Source: Lingula anatina (lineage: Eukaryota; Animalia; Brachiopoda). Taken from it: DNA of 64,000 nt. The stretch is from assembly GCA_051362555.1 (NCBI GenBank), contig CM120646.1, forward strand, positions 1,674,001 through 1,738,000, given 5' to 3'. Under the pieces are notes generated by a model. That model saw only the letters and a program-made list of their open reading frames with translations. It searched no databases and had not been told where the DNA came from. This document shows positions 15,225 to 29,278 of the stretch, one piece after another. The position numbers and the translations under genes are program-made. Position 1 is the stretch's first letter. The number at the start of each line of letters is the position of its first letter.

Positions 15225-16625
15225 ATGGAAGAGGACCAGGCACCAAAGTTGGGCTCCCTTAATCTGAAGGGAACGATGGCAGCAATAATGATACCTCATG
15301 ACGACGAGATAGAGGTCCTCTCTTACAACTCCATCGACGACAAAAACGCTAAACCGTACGACGCCGAAGTGAAAGTGTACATCAACGTCAAAGGAAGATA
15401 CTCGCGGTACCATGGCGACGACGTAGTGCCGCTTCCGATTCACGCGTCAATGGAAGTGGACCCTGGCGACGAGAATCAGAGGAAGATCGTTAGCCGCGCT
15501 ATTGTGATTGTGACTGTTACACTGTTGATAATGAGCTTTGCCTTGGTGGCAGTAATGCTTCGGCTATCGGATCACATTGACAAGCTAGGTAAGTGACTGT
15601 GAGGGGCCTTCTTGAAACACGTCCGCCTTTCCTGCAATTTCTATTCTTAGCGCAGCTCGAAGTAATAACAAAACCCCAGACAAAAGCACATCGATAATCT
15701 CGGTGTTACAGGTGCAGGTTTCGTAACGTGATACAATGTATCTGTTTTTTAACTTAGCCTCAGGACATGGCTCAATTTCCTAATAAGAGGTATATCATTT
15801 GTTCCAGTCATCAATACGTTTCATAAGCCATGATTCGATTTGTCCTTTAATTTCACCTTACCTGTCCGCGAGCTGCTGTGACCGTAAACAAGTCAGTGTG
15901 AGCAATAACGTGAAAGAGATTACTTCCAGAATTTTGATAAATTAACCGTTTGGATGTAAGTGCGATTTTATTTTTGGCAGAGCCAGGAAAGTGGGGACTT
16001 TAAGAACACTTCTTATTTAATTCCACGACAAGTTTCTACGAGAACTAGTAATCAAATGGCTTAAATTGGTGAGTGTATGCGCGCGTGTGCGTGTGTGTGT
16101 GCGCTCGTGTGTGTGTAAGGTGTGTCCGATGAACCGTAGCCGTGCATGAGTGTGTTGCGTGTTAGTGGGGGGGGGGGGGGGTACCTACCATTTAGTGATA
16201 TGACGACCCAAATTCTATTCATACATATGGAATACCATTCTAACTGATGGATGTAAAAATGTTCAACCGTTTTATAAACTCATAACCTCTGAGAGAAGGT
16301 GAAAATATCGCCAAGTAACGAAAAGAGATACATATTGGTTTTTGTCCTTTGAAAATGTCATCTTTAATAAACACATTTCGCCTTACTGATGACTTGCAAC
16401 ATGCGTGGGATTTCTATGACACGCCTAATTGCTGAAGGTCATTGTTCGCGTTTTCGTCTTGATAGAACTTTTTTTCTCGCTCAGTTATCCTAGCAGTGTC
16501 ATCATCCCCGTAGGCAGCGGTTCGAAAGAACCGCATTTTGGTGGCGAAAACTCCGCCCTAAATTATCTAATACAGATCCCAAGCAATTTCTCAAGTTATG
16601 TCAATTATAGGGTTTAAAAAGGTGC

Positions 16626-16681
<56 letters not shown>

Positions 16682-19038
16682 ATTTGACATTGCTGGCTAC
16701 GGGCTTGGCAACGTTAGCAAAGGTATATCCAAAGGATCCAAGGGACACTCACCCTTTCGGGCAGCCCCCAAGCCTTACAAAAAGGAAGCAATTGAATTAA
16801 TGATTGACTTTATTACAGGGCATTGAGGTCTCACATACATAAAAACTTAGGAAGACATATGAAAGTCAACGTTGCCCTATAAATACTCGTGCATTGGCGC
16901 ACTCGAGGTATCATATTAATACATGGCAAAATACCATAAATTGCACCAAGAATATATAAAAGAATTAACTTACAGAACAAACGCGAAGAACAAAAATACC
17001 CCTTCCCCAAACTAAGGACATTATATATTGCTTGAAGTTTGGCCATTTTATACTACATTCGTTGCAGTTGATATACATGTATATATAATAGTTGATATTA
17101 ACTAGAAGTTTCTTTGGCATACTTTGTATGTGTTTATTTTTTTTCTCATCGTTTTTTTTTGTCATATTGTGCCTTTTGAATTGGCTGGGCTAACACGCCT
17201 CTGGGGATAATCTTTATCAAATGTAATCACATCATGTAACAATAGGACTCGATCTAAATCTGATGATGCATTCTGTACATTGTACATGTAACAAATGATT
17301 TGCAGGATAACCATAATAATCTGGTGATAAGAAGTGGGCGATTCTGGTAAATTTTGCTGGGGGCCTTACACCCATTACAACACTTTATCCAAAAGTAACC
17401 TGCTTTTTTTGAGAACGAAGAGATGGAAATTTTGCGGTTAAAGCTGTTTCCTTTGTAGGCGCTCTTTTTGCTGAGTTCTACGAAAATAACACTATGTTCT
17501 TCTTGAAATCAGTACCCAAGGTTAAATCGTCTTAGGCAATGTCTAAATCAAGATTGGCAAGACATTCATAATCGTGACGCTTAACAACGTTTAAATCTTA
17601 TTTTCTTTTCCTGAGCTAGGTAATACGTACCGGTGGTCTATTTCAGTCATCATCAGGACCTAAGCAATCGATTCTGCTATATTATAAGAGAGAATTTACC
17701 AATGTGTGTTTTAGGGACGAAGATTTTAACAGGACTGCAGCCAAGCGAAAGGTGAAAATTATTACTTGCATTTTCACTTCATAAAACAATTTAATGGCAA
17801 TTTAAGGACAATTTAAGGACAGTAATCTCATTCTTAAAACGATAAATGAAAAAGAGAATGCATAAAACGTTTTACATGCCTTTGAGACTTTCGAGAAGAT
17901 AAGGAAATATTTAGATATGTTTGCGCCATAAGTCCATTGATTGACCAGTTAACATACAGGAACGTACATGTTTTATGCGGCAAGGCGCGGACAAAGTTAA
18001 CAGCTTAAAGAAGAATGTTATTTTCTGCTTATTTATACACATAGCACAGGATACTTAGACAATCCAAAAATACTAGGCACTTTCTCTTTGCATATAGCAA
18101 ATAAGTTTACCCCTCAGGGAGCATGCATCCTAGTATACCATGTGGCGGCTGCAAAGGTTCTCTATCTTTATTGTAATGGCAATGTTCACAGTCACGCAAT
18201 GTCTTCATTTTTCCAGAAACCATGCCATATTAAGCTGAGACACTGGGAATTGATGCCATAACAACGGAAATGTTTTTTCTTTGGTGTTGTTGCGGTTCTA
18301 ATGGTAGATACAGGTGGTAGAGTGGCTTCCACGTGCCTTCGGTGGCACACCCTTCTCTCACCCCTCTCTTCCCAAATACTATAACAATATCACCGTGTCC
18401 AAACCATGTAATTCTTCCACCCTTGTGGCCATATGGTGTAGCAAACTTCTGAATTCTCCTGCACCTTTTTGTGTGTATGTATCGTCCCGTACATAAGGCA
18501 TAACTTTAGGTAATTGATTGAAGTAAGGCATATGGCTGCAGCATGGTTTTGTACACATGAAGTAAACAATATGATACCACATATTATATTCGTCGTCTGA
18601 ATTACTCTCGCTGCGTGACGTGAATGAATTTGAACGCCATTCTGCGGTTCAGATAACACACTTGGATTAATTTCGGGAATTTGTACTCTGAATGATTATA
18701 TCTGTGCATGCGACAGATTTCCTTTACCAATCCTACAGGGATAGTGTTGTTGTTTGTAGGAAAGTTGAAAATACGTTAGGTCGTTGTCGTCTGAAGTGCA
18801 CTCGATGCGTGAGAAAATAACACAGATTATTGAAAGCCCAGATAAGTATTGGCAGCAGTATTGCTTTGTCATTCTCAAGTGCATATTTATTAGTTTGCAA
18901 TCACTTCGAGACAGATGAGGCAATAGGGTACAGAAATCACTTGGTCTGTCCGTAACTTCATTTTTGCATGGACACAAACCGAGCGCGGCAATGCAAAACT
19001 GTATATATGCATATTTCCTATCACTATCTCTACTAGTA

Positions 19039-19079
<41 letters not shown>

Positions 19080-21392
19080 TGTGCGTCTCTTTATCTCTCT
19101 CTCTCACACACACAAACAAAGAAGCGCAAACATACAAATACGCACACCGACTCCCGCAAGCTCACACAAACACGCAGGCGCTTCCCGCTCAGGTAGAAAC
19201 AAGGATCCACCGAGAATACAAACACGATGATCGACCGTTTGACTGTTGTCTTGAACTCTGCTTAAGTCAATTTGAAGCTAACGTGTGCCGTAACATTTAA
19301 CACACTTGATTTAAAGAGTGCTGCCTAGGTGCGTGAAGCGACGTGATAAGGCTGGGAGTTGATTTAAGCTGACTGAAATGGAAGAAATCGGTGCCAGACA
19401 AAACACCATCCCGCTTCAATTATAGCGAAACGGATTTCGTTTGTTTACTATGCACAGACTACGGATGTTGAGTATTTTGGTGAAGTTTACACTTTTTTTA
19501 TTAAAATAACACGGGAATCGCTGAGTTACGTGGTTGCATTGATTTATCATTGGAAACTCACAGCCCAATAGGAAGTTCGGAAACTTATGAAACGTGCCGC
19601 ATGCGATTCATTACTAATGACTTAATATACAGGACAATCCTATTATTTCTTGAGCGACAAAATTAAATTGGTTTCTTAATTTGATACGTGATAAGGTGTT
19701 ATCTTACGCAGCAACGCTTCTCAGGTTCCTTGTTTTGAAACTGTTTCATTTCAATTAAAGTCCTTAGTCGTTTAAATCAGTGCCTCTCCCTTTCCTCAGT
19801 ATTTAGACAGCCTTATCTGTAAAACTTATATTTCTTTTGATACTAACCCTTGGGTCAATGTAAATATATGAAGGACATGCTTATCGAAGGTATTTTTGGG
19901 ATTTGAGCGCCAAATCTAATTTTCCTTGAGAAAAGGGCATGATCTCTTACTCGGGAAGCATCAACGGATCCGTCCTTATACTTGGATTCGATTTTTTACA
20001 TTACAAATTAGATAACTTTATCCTAATCGGACTGCGATGTCTTCTTGACAGTTCAATAAGACTCCGGGTACTTTTATTTCAGGTGCTTTAAACTTTAAAT
20101 TGAGAAAGAGAAGTGACTTTGCAAGATGTTTTGACAAAAAAAGGATGTAGTGCCATTTCCAAATGCGTTTAGTAAACATTTAAGATTGTTCACGTAACTA
20201 TGGTAACATATGCAACAGTGATACAATCATATATGAGAATTATCAAACACAAGCCGAAATATTTTCGTGCCGTTAGCTTACGGCCTACCTGGTCGTATGA
20301 TAATTAGCATGTATGATCCAACTACCAAGCTAATGACCATTTTGTTAACAGTGATACAACTTTGAGGTCAGGATCTACCGTAAAACTCACAAATGCATTT
20401 TTACCGTTTCCATTAGTCTCCAAAATATGTCATACACTGTATTGTCGGAGACATGTATAGACTTTATTTATAGAGTCGGGACCATGCGGGACCCATCACT
20501 GCATCACGCCTGGGGATATCTATAAAATAGATTTTGTACGGTTATTGACCCAAGGACATTGTCTCTGAAACCATATCCATGGACAATGCATTTTAACCTC
20601 TGCCGCCTTGGGTAAACCTGTGAAATATGTTTGTGAACGCTGTCTCTCGTAGTTTGTAAGTTTGTAAAGTCATTAGAATAGGACCATTACCAGAAAAATA
20701 AATGTTTGAAGTAAATGTTTGAAAAAGAAAAATTGTAAAAAAAAAAAACACAATTAACATATTTTACCAATGTTCCTATTCCTTGGAATTCTTGCATTTT
20801 AAAGTATACATGCAGCAACCCACCTGGAAGATCATAACATTATAATTTTCATGTAAGTCACCGTCTCTGGGATTCATCGATAAGGAAATTGATGCCAGAT
20901 TTATAAGGTATATTTCTACAAAACAGATCACCTGGTGAAGACAAGGATGACCGTCAATTTCAGGGGAAAATTTATTGTCGGTGCATGGGGATGAAAACCA
21001 TTAACTCCAGGGTCTCTTCCCTAGTCCATGCAGTATATCTAAGTTGATAAAACATTTGGGAGCCAACAGCAGTGAACTAGAATCAATGTTTCTGCTTTAA
21101 GATGGCACAAGGGTAGAAAATGACGAGCGAAGTGAAGCAAATATAAAACAGTCGACTAATTTTTTGTCCGAACTGGATCCGCCTTTAGAAGGGGCGTTTC
21201 ATGGCGGAGTTAATTCGTTAAATAAAGTCGAGATAAACTGGGTGTATTTGTTAACGACTGTGGGAAAAATAGGTCTTGTTTACTTTATGTCAGCATTTCA
21301 GCATTTTGTGCTGAACACCCACGTAGAACCACACACACAGACAGACACCCGGGACAAATTATGTCACAGCCTCAATATGCGTTACAAAGTAT

Positions 21393-21441
<49 letters not shown>

Positions 21442-24400
21442 GTAATAATAAGGGAGAACAGCCTTTAATTACATTTAATTGTTTAGAAGGAAAAAGCTGC
21501 TAATTGGTGTTAACACTCCGTCACTTAAGGGATTACGTCATACTTTACATGCGTCACAATGCTGTTTTGTTCATTTCATTCCGAGAATCTTCCACTTTCC
21601 CCTTATCTTCATATTAACACGTGTTCGCTCTCTTTGCTTTGTTAAGTTTCAAGCCAAACAACCCAGCAAGTGATTTCCCTAGTACCTGGGTATTCATGCC
21701 GCCTTAATGAACAGTTTTCAAGCTAAATGTCAGGAGCATGGGATTGTAGATCACGTCCCAGCGGGGCGTAAAATCCACGACTCACTGCATGTGGTGGTCG
21801 ATACCCAACCTTGTATACTAATTATTGGTGCGTAAAGCACAATGTGTAAAGCATATTTATTGGCTATTTGAAGATGGCATATGTCCATATTTATATATCA
21901 TCTCCGAAATGGCGGGCCTTGTTAATTCAGTTGGACGAGAATACTTATATATATAATACTTATGGAGTAGAGTGTAAGAATAATAATAATTATAACCAGG
22001 TGATTAGTTGTCACGTGAGAGGATGGGCATTTTTTTTTTTTGTCTGCTGGTCGTGTCCGCCTTTTTATGACTGAATGTAGCGCTATTAAAAAAGAAAAAA
22101 AACAGTAACAAACTCGGTTGAAAATGAAAAATGTTCATAATTTAAGCCTGAGATGAGTATGTTTTCTGAAACTATTTAAAGCTGTTAAATTTAGAAATAT
22201 TCATCACATCAATACACAAACAGATCAGTTGCAAAAACACAACCCGTGTTTAATAATGGGAACAAATGATTTAGGACAAGGCATAACGATTTTTTATTTT
22301 GCTTGGCTAGACATGGTTGTGTTTATGTTTATAGAAGATAAACAAAATCATCGGTTTTAAGGTGAGCAAAAACTAAAGCTCTTGGTTAGCCACTGGTATG
22401 TTTGTGTTGTACACGTAAAAGCAATTTCCGTTAGTGTCATAATTAATATATTTGACGCACTGTCTCTTTTATAAATATAACCTTTCGTATCGAGTCCCTA
22501 TTTTAAGTATAGCACATGGGAAATCCCAATAGGCAAACCCCTGTGCGGTGCGGGTATCGTTAAACTAACAAAGGCGGATCCTGCGAGAGAGAGAGAGAGA
22601 GGGAGAGAGAGAGAGAGAGAGACGTATCCCTCAACCTTCCAGGAAAGGTGTGTGTGCAGTCTGTTGAACGATGAAAAAATCAAAACATCTACTCATTCTA
22701 AAGATGGGTGATAAGAGAGCATACTTATGAATGCACCTATATTGCTTAAGCAAAACTAAATTGATATTAGAAAATCACTGACTGAGAGAGCGCATAATTT
22801 CGTCAAAGCTGGTCAGTAATTATTATTAATTGCTTAATTCCTTGAAACAAAAAGCTAATTGATCAATCCGTTAATACTTTTTAAATTTTTTTATCAAAAA
22901 CCAAATTTAACATTTTTATTTAGGCTAGCAAAACAAAAAGCAAAGCATAACATCCTTGGCAGAGGAGAGGCAAGGTTCCGGACATGCGCACTTCAACGCT
23001 TTGCAATTAAAATATAATTCTCCAAAAGTTATTGCAACGCATGAACACTATAAGGATTCAATTGCGCCGATAATAATTATATATTGTGACGAGTTACAAC
23101 CGAGGTTTGATTAAAGGAACTGTGTGTATATTTAGTCCGGTTTCGTTTCGATCCCCTGGGCTCCCGTTATTGCAGTTTATGTTATAACATTAGCGCAATC
23201 CTGCTTTTAACTGTGTCCTTATGAATCCCATTTCCGTAATGGAGTCTACAGCCTACTTTTTATGCTTTCTCTGCCATGCTGCGCTGGTTTCTACTAGTAT
23301 AATTCAGTAATGGTGCCATTTTGCGTTGCTGTAACGCTGCTTGACGCAACGTGCCATCAAACGAATGTTTTTGAAGCACGTGTTTTGCTGCGGGACCTTC
23401 CCACGGAGACATGGCGGCCCTTCAACCTCACGTTGTTGGGTTATTTAAGAAAAGTTCAGCACGTGTTAGCTCAGCATCAGTGCCTTGTGTTCCCTCTCCC
23501 CGGGGGAAATGCTGCTCTGGCTGTGCTGGTAAAGTAGTCTAAACACTCAGCAGTTCATCTTACCAATTTTCTTACCCTGGATCATATAATAATATACTAG
23601 TAATGACGCACTCTCACGTCGACGCGGTTCTCGTGCAGCGTTTATACGAAACTGCCATTATACAGGATGACATTTCTCGTCAGCCTTTTTTAATGACTGA
23701 ATGTGGCGTTATTCAAAAAACCAGAAACACACTAACAAACTTGGTTGAAAAATGTTCACATTTAAGCTTGATTTAAGCCTGAGGTCAGTATGTTTTCTGA
23801 AACTATTTCGTGCTGTTAAATTGAGGAATTTTCATCACAGGAATACACGTATACGGTATAACGCGTTTAAACATCACTTATTTTAAAAACCCGGTATGCC
23901 GCGAAATGCATTCCGCCAAATCCCCAATAACTTTATCAAATAAGATTCACTGGACTCCACACGAGTCTCTTATTTTCACCAGAAACCGATGTATCATGAT
24001 CTTGACTCAAGATATCATATATATTCTTTTCAACGGTCGCTTATTCCCTATGTGCAAAAATTAGTCTAAATACAGGTCAGAGAAATCGTATGTTGAGATA
24101 TTAGACGTATATTTTTCTATAAAGTGTGTAGTATTGACCTTACATTCATCATGTGATTTAGTTGACTCTTTTGATGAGTGATCAAATTCGTGCCTCATAG
24201 GTAAAAAAGAAGAAACAGTCTTTTTGAATCTATTAAATTTTTCTCCACAAGAGCAAACAAAAATCGCACTCTACCAGGGAATCATTTCTTTCCTTGATTT
24301 AGAAAAGATATACAATGTAGATGAACACTAACGCCAGTGGAATCAGACTTGTAAGAATTGGGCGTGCAATAATCAAATTAGCTAACTAATGAAAAAGAAG

Positions 24401-26794
24401 GAATTTTAGGCTTAATGCATGCAAATATTTAGAGGTTTTGTTTTGAAATCAGAAAAATATTGATTGTGATGCATTGCATTTTATTATTCTCCCACCCATT
24501 TTTTTTTTTTTTTTGGGGGGGGGGGGGCATAAAATGTACCAGAGCATTGCTTCGAAGGCGTAATGACTTGTCCGATTTGTCTGTTTCACTTAAGTGACGC
24601 TTTAACCTTATCTTACGCCTCATTCTAAGGACAACTACGCTCACACCTGCGTGCATCTAATTCCGAAAAAATAATTGGCCAAATTCCCACTTTAATATAA
24701 TATTATTTGGCCTCTTATACACTGCGTTATCCAAGCGTAGGCTACCATCTCTAATATTACCGAAAATACCACAAAATCAATAATATCAAAGGCAAAGGGA
24801 GATTTAATTTGAGATTGAGCGAATGAACCCAGATATTGCTTAGATATGTTGTCAAACTGATAAATCTATCCACTGAAACGATCGAGTTTTCAGGAGAGGT
24901 TTTAGCCTTTATTTTTCTTGTCAGTAATAAAAATGAGGGTAAGTGTAAAGAAATGACACCTGCCTAAGAGCAGATAAATAGGCCCAAAGCATAAAAATAC
25001 CCACTCTTTTTCTACCTACGACTACTTCATGATGTTGATTTTTCGTTTATTAAATCAAATCAGTCAAATGCGAATATTTCTCAACCGAATTAACCGAATG
25101 AATTAAACAGCGACATACGATAAGTGAAAAAACTGCTCCCATACAGACTACTTCTACGCCTTGTTCCAAGCGTTCTTTAACTATACACATGTCGAAAGAC
25201 CTTTGTTTTTCATCTTTGTCTCATTGTTATTGAATTCTACTTTGACTATGAAGTTCATATGTGCATCAATCACCATTTTAAAGTACCTAGAACAGATCGT
25301 GTTTACCCTTGCACAATAACATTAATGGATCCCGTAATTCTCTTCAGTATAATTTTGTTCTGTCTATAGAATGGGAATTATACCAATTCCGGTATTTGAC
25401 AGGGGCGGCTATTCCGAACTAAATTTGTTGTTTCAAAACAGAAGACTGATTGAAATCACTGTTATCGAATACCCCACGTCAATTTTTATTTTTAGAAGAA
25501 TCTGACTATACGATCATGCCATTTATTGATTCCCCTCATTCCTATGTAATGGAGCCATTGATGGAATGAAACAGACCGCTTTTCAATCGCCTGGATATCC
25601 ATTCATCTAATAATAGGGTAGTTATGAAAGATCACGTTACACACCACGAAAGAAATATCGATTGTTTTATTGATTGTTTGCAGTTATGTAGTCAAAACAC
25701 AAAACACATACAGCTAATGGTCTGGTTTACCGTTTTAAAAGTATTGCAATTTCTCGTAATTCCATCATACGTATTAGCCACGTCATAGTTTTATAATATT
25801 GTCACTGATACCGATTACCGCTGTTATAACATTGGGAATTAGTAAAGGCCCATTTGGTTTTGCCATGAATAAGTTGTATTTTCGCTGACCCCATATATTA
25901 ACCAGACTACATTTATATTTATATTGTTTGTCTTTTGTTCACTTAAATGAAACTCGTTCTAACTTGGAATGGAGAATAAGTAAATAAAACATTTTCTAAT
26001 GACACGAATTGGGTACTTATGACATGACCAATTGTAAATATGTAAAATGGAAGAAACTTGTTTTTTATCATTTTTTTCTGCGACTTCATTGTTCTATGGC
26101 TGAAACGTAAAACTAACTAAATGGTAGTATTTGGACCCTTTACGAGTAATGTTTAATTGGAGTTTAATTTCTGCTGGCTACATTATACATGTATTCCTTT
26201 TCAGTAGTCTATGTTATTGTGTAACTAATTTTTAGAAAATAATTAAGAGTGAGAAAAGTGACGAAAGCCTAACAATTATTGTTGATATGCATTTTTCTTT
26301 GGTCTTCCTCCTTTTTTTGATCGTTCCCAAACTTATCTCGTGTCCATGCAGTTTTCATAATTGCTTTGTTTCCATAACTTTTCAAAGGTTATGTTTCTTT
26401 AGATCTGTCTCACTTTACTCTTTCAATTTGCATTACAGTTGATCAAGTGTACGTAGACGTCCAGCCAGAGGGAGGGCAAGGGGTCGGACCCTGGAAGACG
26501 TCACCGAGTATAAGCAATACGATAGATGGCGACACGGTAAGGGATTTCAACTCTACCACTTTGAACAGTACGAGTGACAAAAGCAACTCTTTTAGTGGTA
26601 ATTATTCCATGTCATCTCCACTACAGTATATTGCGTCTGTTTCAAGGGTATTTAGGAATGGCACGCTTACCGAAGGCAATCCGGCATCTTTCTGGAAAAA
26701 CCCAAAACATAAAGAAGATGTAGTTTCAGGCAAACAATACAAGAAGAGACACATCCCTTTTAAACGAAAAAATGTTACTTTTTTCGTGGGATGA
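15225..26794 (+). CDS. Uncharacterised type II single-pass membrane glycoprotein, ~239 aa; join(15225..15588, 26439..26794)
   Basis: Exon 1 has a hydrophobic TM segment (AIVIVTVTLLIMSFALVAVML) followed by RLSDHIDKL and a consensus donor G|GTAAGT at 15588/15589 (phase 1). The acceptor cattacag| at 26438 resumes in frame (G+TT=V, DQVYVDV...). Exon 2 is Ser/Thr-rich with several N-x-S/T sequons (NST, NST, NYS, NGT, NVT). AATAAA at 27581. Small internal exons cannot be excluded. Confidence 0.72.
16631..16680. repeat. Poly(A) tract (50 nt), intronic
   Basis: Homopolymer run. Confidence 0.9.
19038..19113. repeat. Compound (CT)n(GT)n/(CA)n microsatellite
   Basis: Visible dinucleotide runs. Confidence 0.9.
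21394..21451. repeat. (AAT)n microsatellite
   Basis: Trinucleotide run. Confidence 0.95.
22062..23848 (+). repeat. Pair of diverged ~155-bp direct repeats (22062-22217 and 23686-23848), probably an interspersed repeat
   Basis: Shared ATGACTGAATGT.GCG.TATT...AACAAACT.GGTTGAAAA...TTTAAGCCTGAG..AGTATGTTTTCTGAAACTATTT...GCTGTTAAATT...TTCATCACA...AATACAC. Confidence 0.7.
22584..22622. repeat. (GA)n microsatellite
   Basis: Dinucleotide run. Confidence 0.9.
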
Positions 26795-27985
26795 CGCATC
26801 AATACGTCTATAGGCAGTTAATAAAAGAAGACGAGGAAATATTTTCGTCCACCGTGTATATATATCCGCATATGGAAATACATGGTGTATGTGAGCAATG
26901 GACATGTATCGAAATGAATATCACCTTTCTCCAGGATTATTATATGCAAACCAAATAACTCTGGAATCGAGCTCGTTTTTGCTCCCATTAATAGTGCGCG
27001 GGATGGGAACTTCTGAGAATGCATATTTACACGGGTCATTCCGACCACATCAAAGTTCATTGCCTGTTGCACTCAGATCTTCCTCGTTGAAATCATTAGA
27101 TTGATTGAGGATGATCAAGTTTGACTGTTTAAATCAGTGGACAGTAATGGTTTCCCGGTATATGAACCTTCACAGTAAAACACATCCTTCCAACCTATTT
27201 TATCGGGTTACATAAACAACAACTGTGTTTCGTATCTGGAAAAAAAGGCAGAAAATTGATTGCATTCACAGAATTAGAGTCACACCTTCACCCTGTTATT
27301 GACTCATGGCACCTTTTAAAGGGTAAAATGTCTTATGAGTGTACTTACATGTGATTAACATTTAACACCAAGTCAGTATGTGCACATTAACCTAAGTTTA
27401 TGTAGTGTATATTCTAATCAATCCATGTCCTTTCAAAGCCAGTCATTATTGAAGAGTTCAAACTGCACTAGTGTAATAACAGCGTTAATTAGGACATGCA
27501 ATGCATTTGCAATCACTTATAATTATAGTGGTTTATAAAGCCTGCATATCGAATGCGTTTATCGTATTCAGATAGTTGTCAATAAACCCACTACAGTGTA
27601 CGGAAAGTTCCATCGGTGTTGTATATAGTAAATATCAAAAGCTTGAAAGTTTATACTCAGTTTGTGATAAAAGAGGTGTTGACCCTTTTTCCCAACAACC
27701 TGTATTATACTGTTTAATATACAAGGCGCAAATGAAAGCTTTTATTGGTTAATTCATAAGTTTGGGGTGCTATTTTACTTGAAATGATGTCCTTGACAAG
27801 AAAAAAATGAAGCACAAACAAAAGTATGAATTCAGTTGTGACTAATAGCACACCATGGTTTTATCACCACAGGGGTCCGTTAACGTCTTCTTGAAATGTA
27901 AAACGTCTTTTCCGAAATAAATTCCCAGATCATGTTTGCCCTATAGGATAAGCATAATATTTCAGTTTCCGTATGATCAGGGGAT

Positions 27986-28152
27986 TTAAGCCAAGAATGG
28001 ACCCCAAAGTAACTTTGCCGGGGTGTCTGCAGTGCAGCAGAAGAATCCAACGGCAGCATTTACAAACTCCAAGGTATCAAATGATGGAGGAACGGATAGC
28101 GGGTGTACGCCAACAAGACCAAGGAACTCTTCATATTCCTTTCTGGTCACAA
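27986..28152 (-). pseudogene. SCP-like EF-hand pseudogene fragment (3' third only, EF4 loop deleted)
   Basis: Reads VTRKEYEEFLGLVGVHPLSVPPSFDTL|EFVNAAVGFFCCTADTPAKLLWGPFLA*. It lacks DTDGDGQISKE and everything 5' of EF3, and is fused directly to spacer sequence. Confidence 0.85.
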
Positions 28153-28678
28153 CAAATATAAAAACTGATTTATTGGAGCATACAGTTTCTTCCACTGGTC
28201 ATAAAATGATCTGTTTCACAATATTTTCCTTCTTATTTCCTTATATTCATTTAATTATTATACTTTTTCTGAACACACTGGCCAGTTCATATAAAGAAGT
28301 GTCGTGAAGCATCAAGCTGGCGGTGTTTACAAGGGGTACTTGTAATCTCCCACTTATTTAACAGCTAGACTCGGAAGAGATCTTTGTGCGCTGTAATGTA
28401 TTATATGCAAACGAATGCAACCTTCGAACAATATAAAAGTTCTGGGGGTAGGTGAAAGCCAGATTGAAAAGCTGTTATTGACAAGGTGAAAATGAACAAA
28501 ATGAACAAAGCATGAATTCAATTGTGACTGACAACACATTATTATTCCGTCATCAATACTGCAAGCGTTCGTGCGCATCTTCTTGAAATGTAAAGCGTCT
28601 TTTCAACAAGAAAGTTCCAGCTCGTGATTCCCCTATAGGTAAAGCATATTATTTACAGTTTCCATATGATAAGGATAT

Positions 28679-29227
28679 TTAAGCCAAGAACGGACCCCAA
28701 AACAACTTTGCCGGGGTGTCTGCAGTGCAGCTGAAGAAACCAACGGCAGCATTTACGAACTCTTCTTTGCTGATCTGACCATCACCATCTGTGTCCAAGG
28801 CCTCAAACGACGGAGGGACAGATAGCGGATGTACACCAAAAAGGCCAAGGAACTCTTCATATTCCTTTCTGGTCACAATACCGTCGTCATTTTTGTCTGC
28901 GATTTTGTCAAAATAGACATAAAACCACTTTTTCCCCTCTTCTTGAACAGTTGGTTCGCGAAAAGTGCGTGCTTGGTTGTAGATATAGTCCTTAAGAGTA
29001 ACATTCTCTTTCTTCTCCGGTCCTGCCCAAAAATAATCCCAAGCGTGTTTTACTAGGTCCATATAGGCTTGCATTTGTTCTTGTTTGAGAAGCCATTTAG
29101 CTCTGGACTCGCAAAAGTCCACCATATCTTCCTTCTTGACAACGCCGTCCAAGTCGTGGTCGAACATTACAAAAATTGAGCGCATCTTGCGGACCCAGAA
29201 CTCGGGATATGGCGCGCTTGCTGACAT
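28679..29227 (-). CDS. Sarcoplasmic calcium-binding protein (SCP)-like EF-hand protein, 182 aa, copy 1
   Basis: EF loops DHDLDGVVKKED, DKNDDGIVTRKE, DTDGDGQISKEE with a degenerate EF2. N-terminal FWVRKMR..F...D and C-terminal KLFWGP match annelid (Nereis-type) SCP. Intronless. Confidence 0.9.
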   Translation of the reverse strand: MSASAPYPEFWVRKMRSIFVMFDHDLDGVVKKEDMVDFCESRAKWLLKQEQMQAYMDLVKHAWDYFWAGPEKKENVTLKDYIYNQARTFREPTVQEEGKKWFYVYFDKIADKNDDGIVTRKEYEEFLGLFGVHPLSVPPSFEALDTDGDGQISKEEFVNAAVGFFSCTADTPAKLFWGPFLA

Positions 29228-29245
29228 TGTAGATTTATATTTTAC

Positions 29246-29278
29246 ACTGACTTAGACGGATCATTGTGAAATTTAAAA
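29246..29278 (-). promoter_or_regulatory. Core promoter of SCP copy 1 (TTTAAA TATA-like box and TCAGT initiator); equivalent motif upstream of most copies
   Basis: On the minus strand TTTAAA (29277-29272) lies ~25-30 nt upstream of TCAGT (29250-29246). Other copies have TATTTAAA at the same offset (e.g. ~34393-34400). Confidence 0.5.

Noticed and set aside
16626-16826. Poly-lysine ORF
   Set aside because: Produced by an intronic poly(A) tract.
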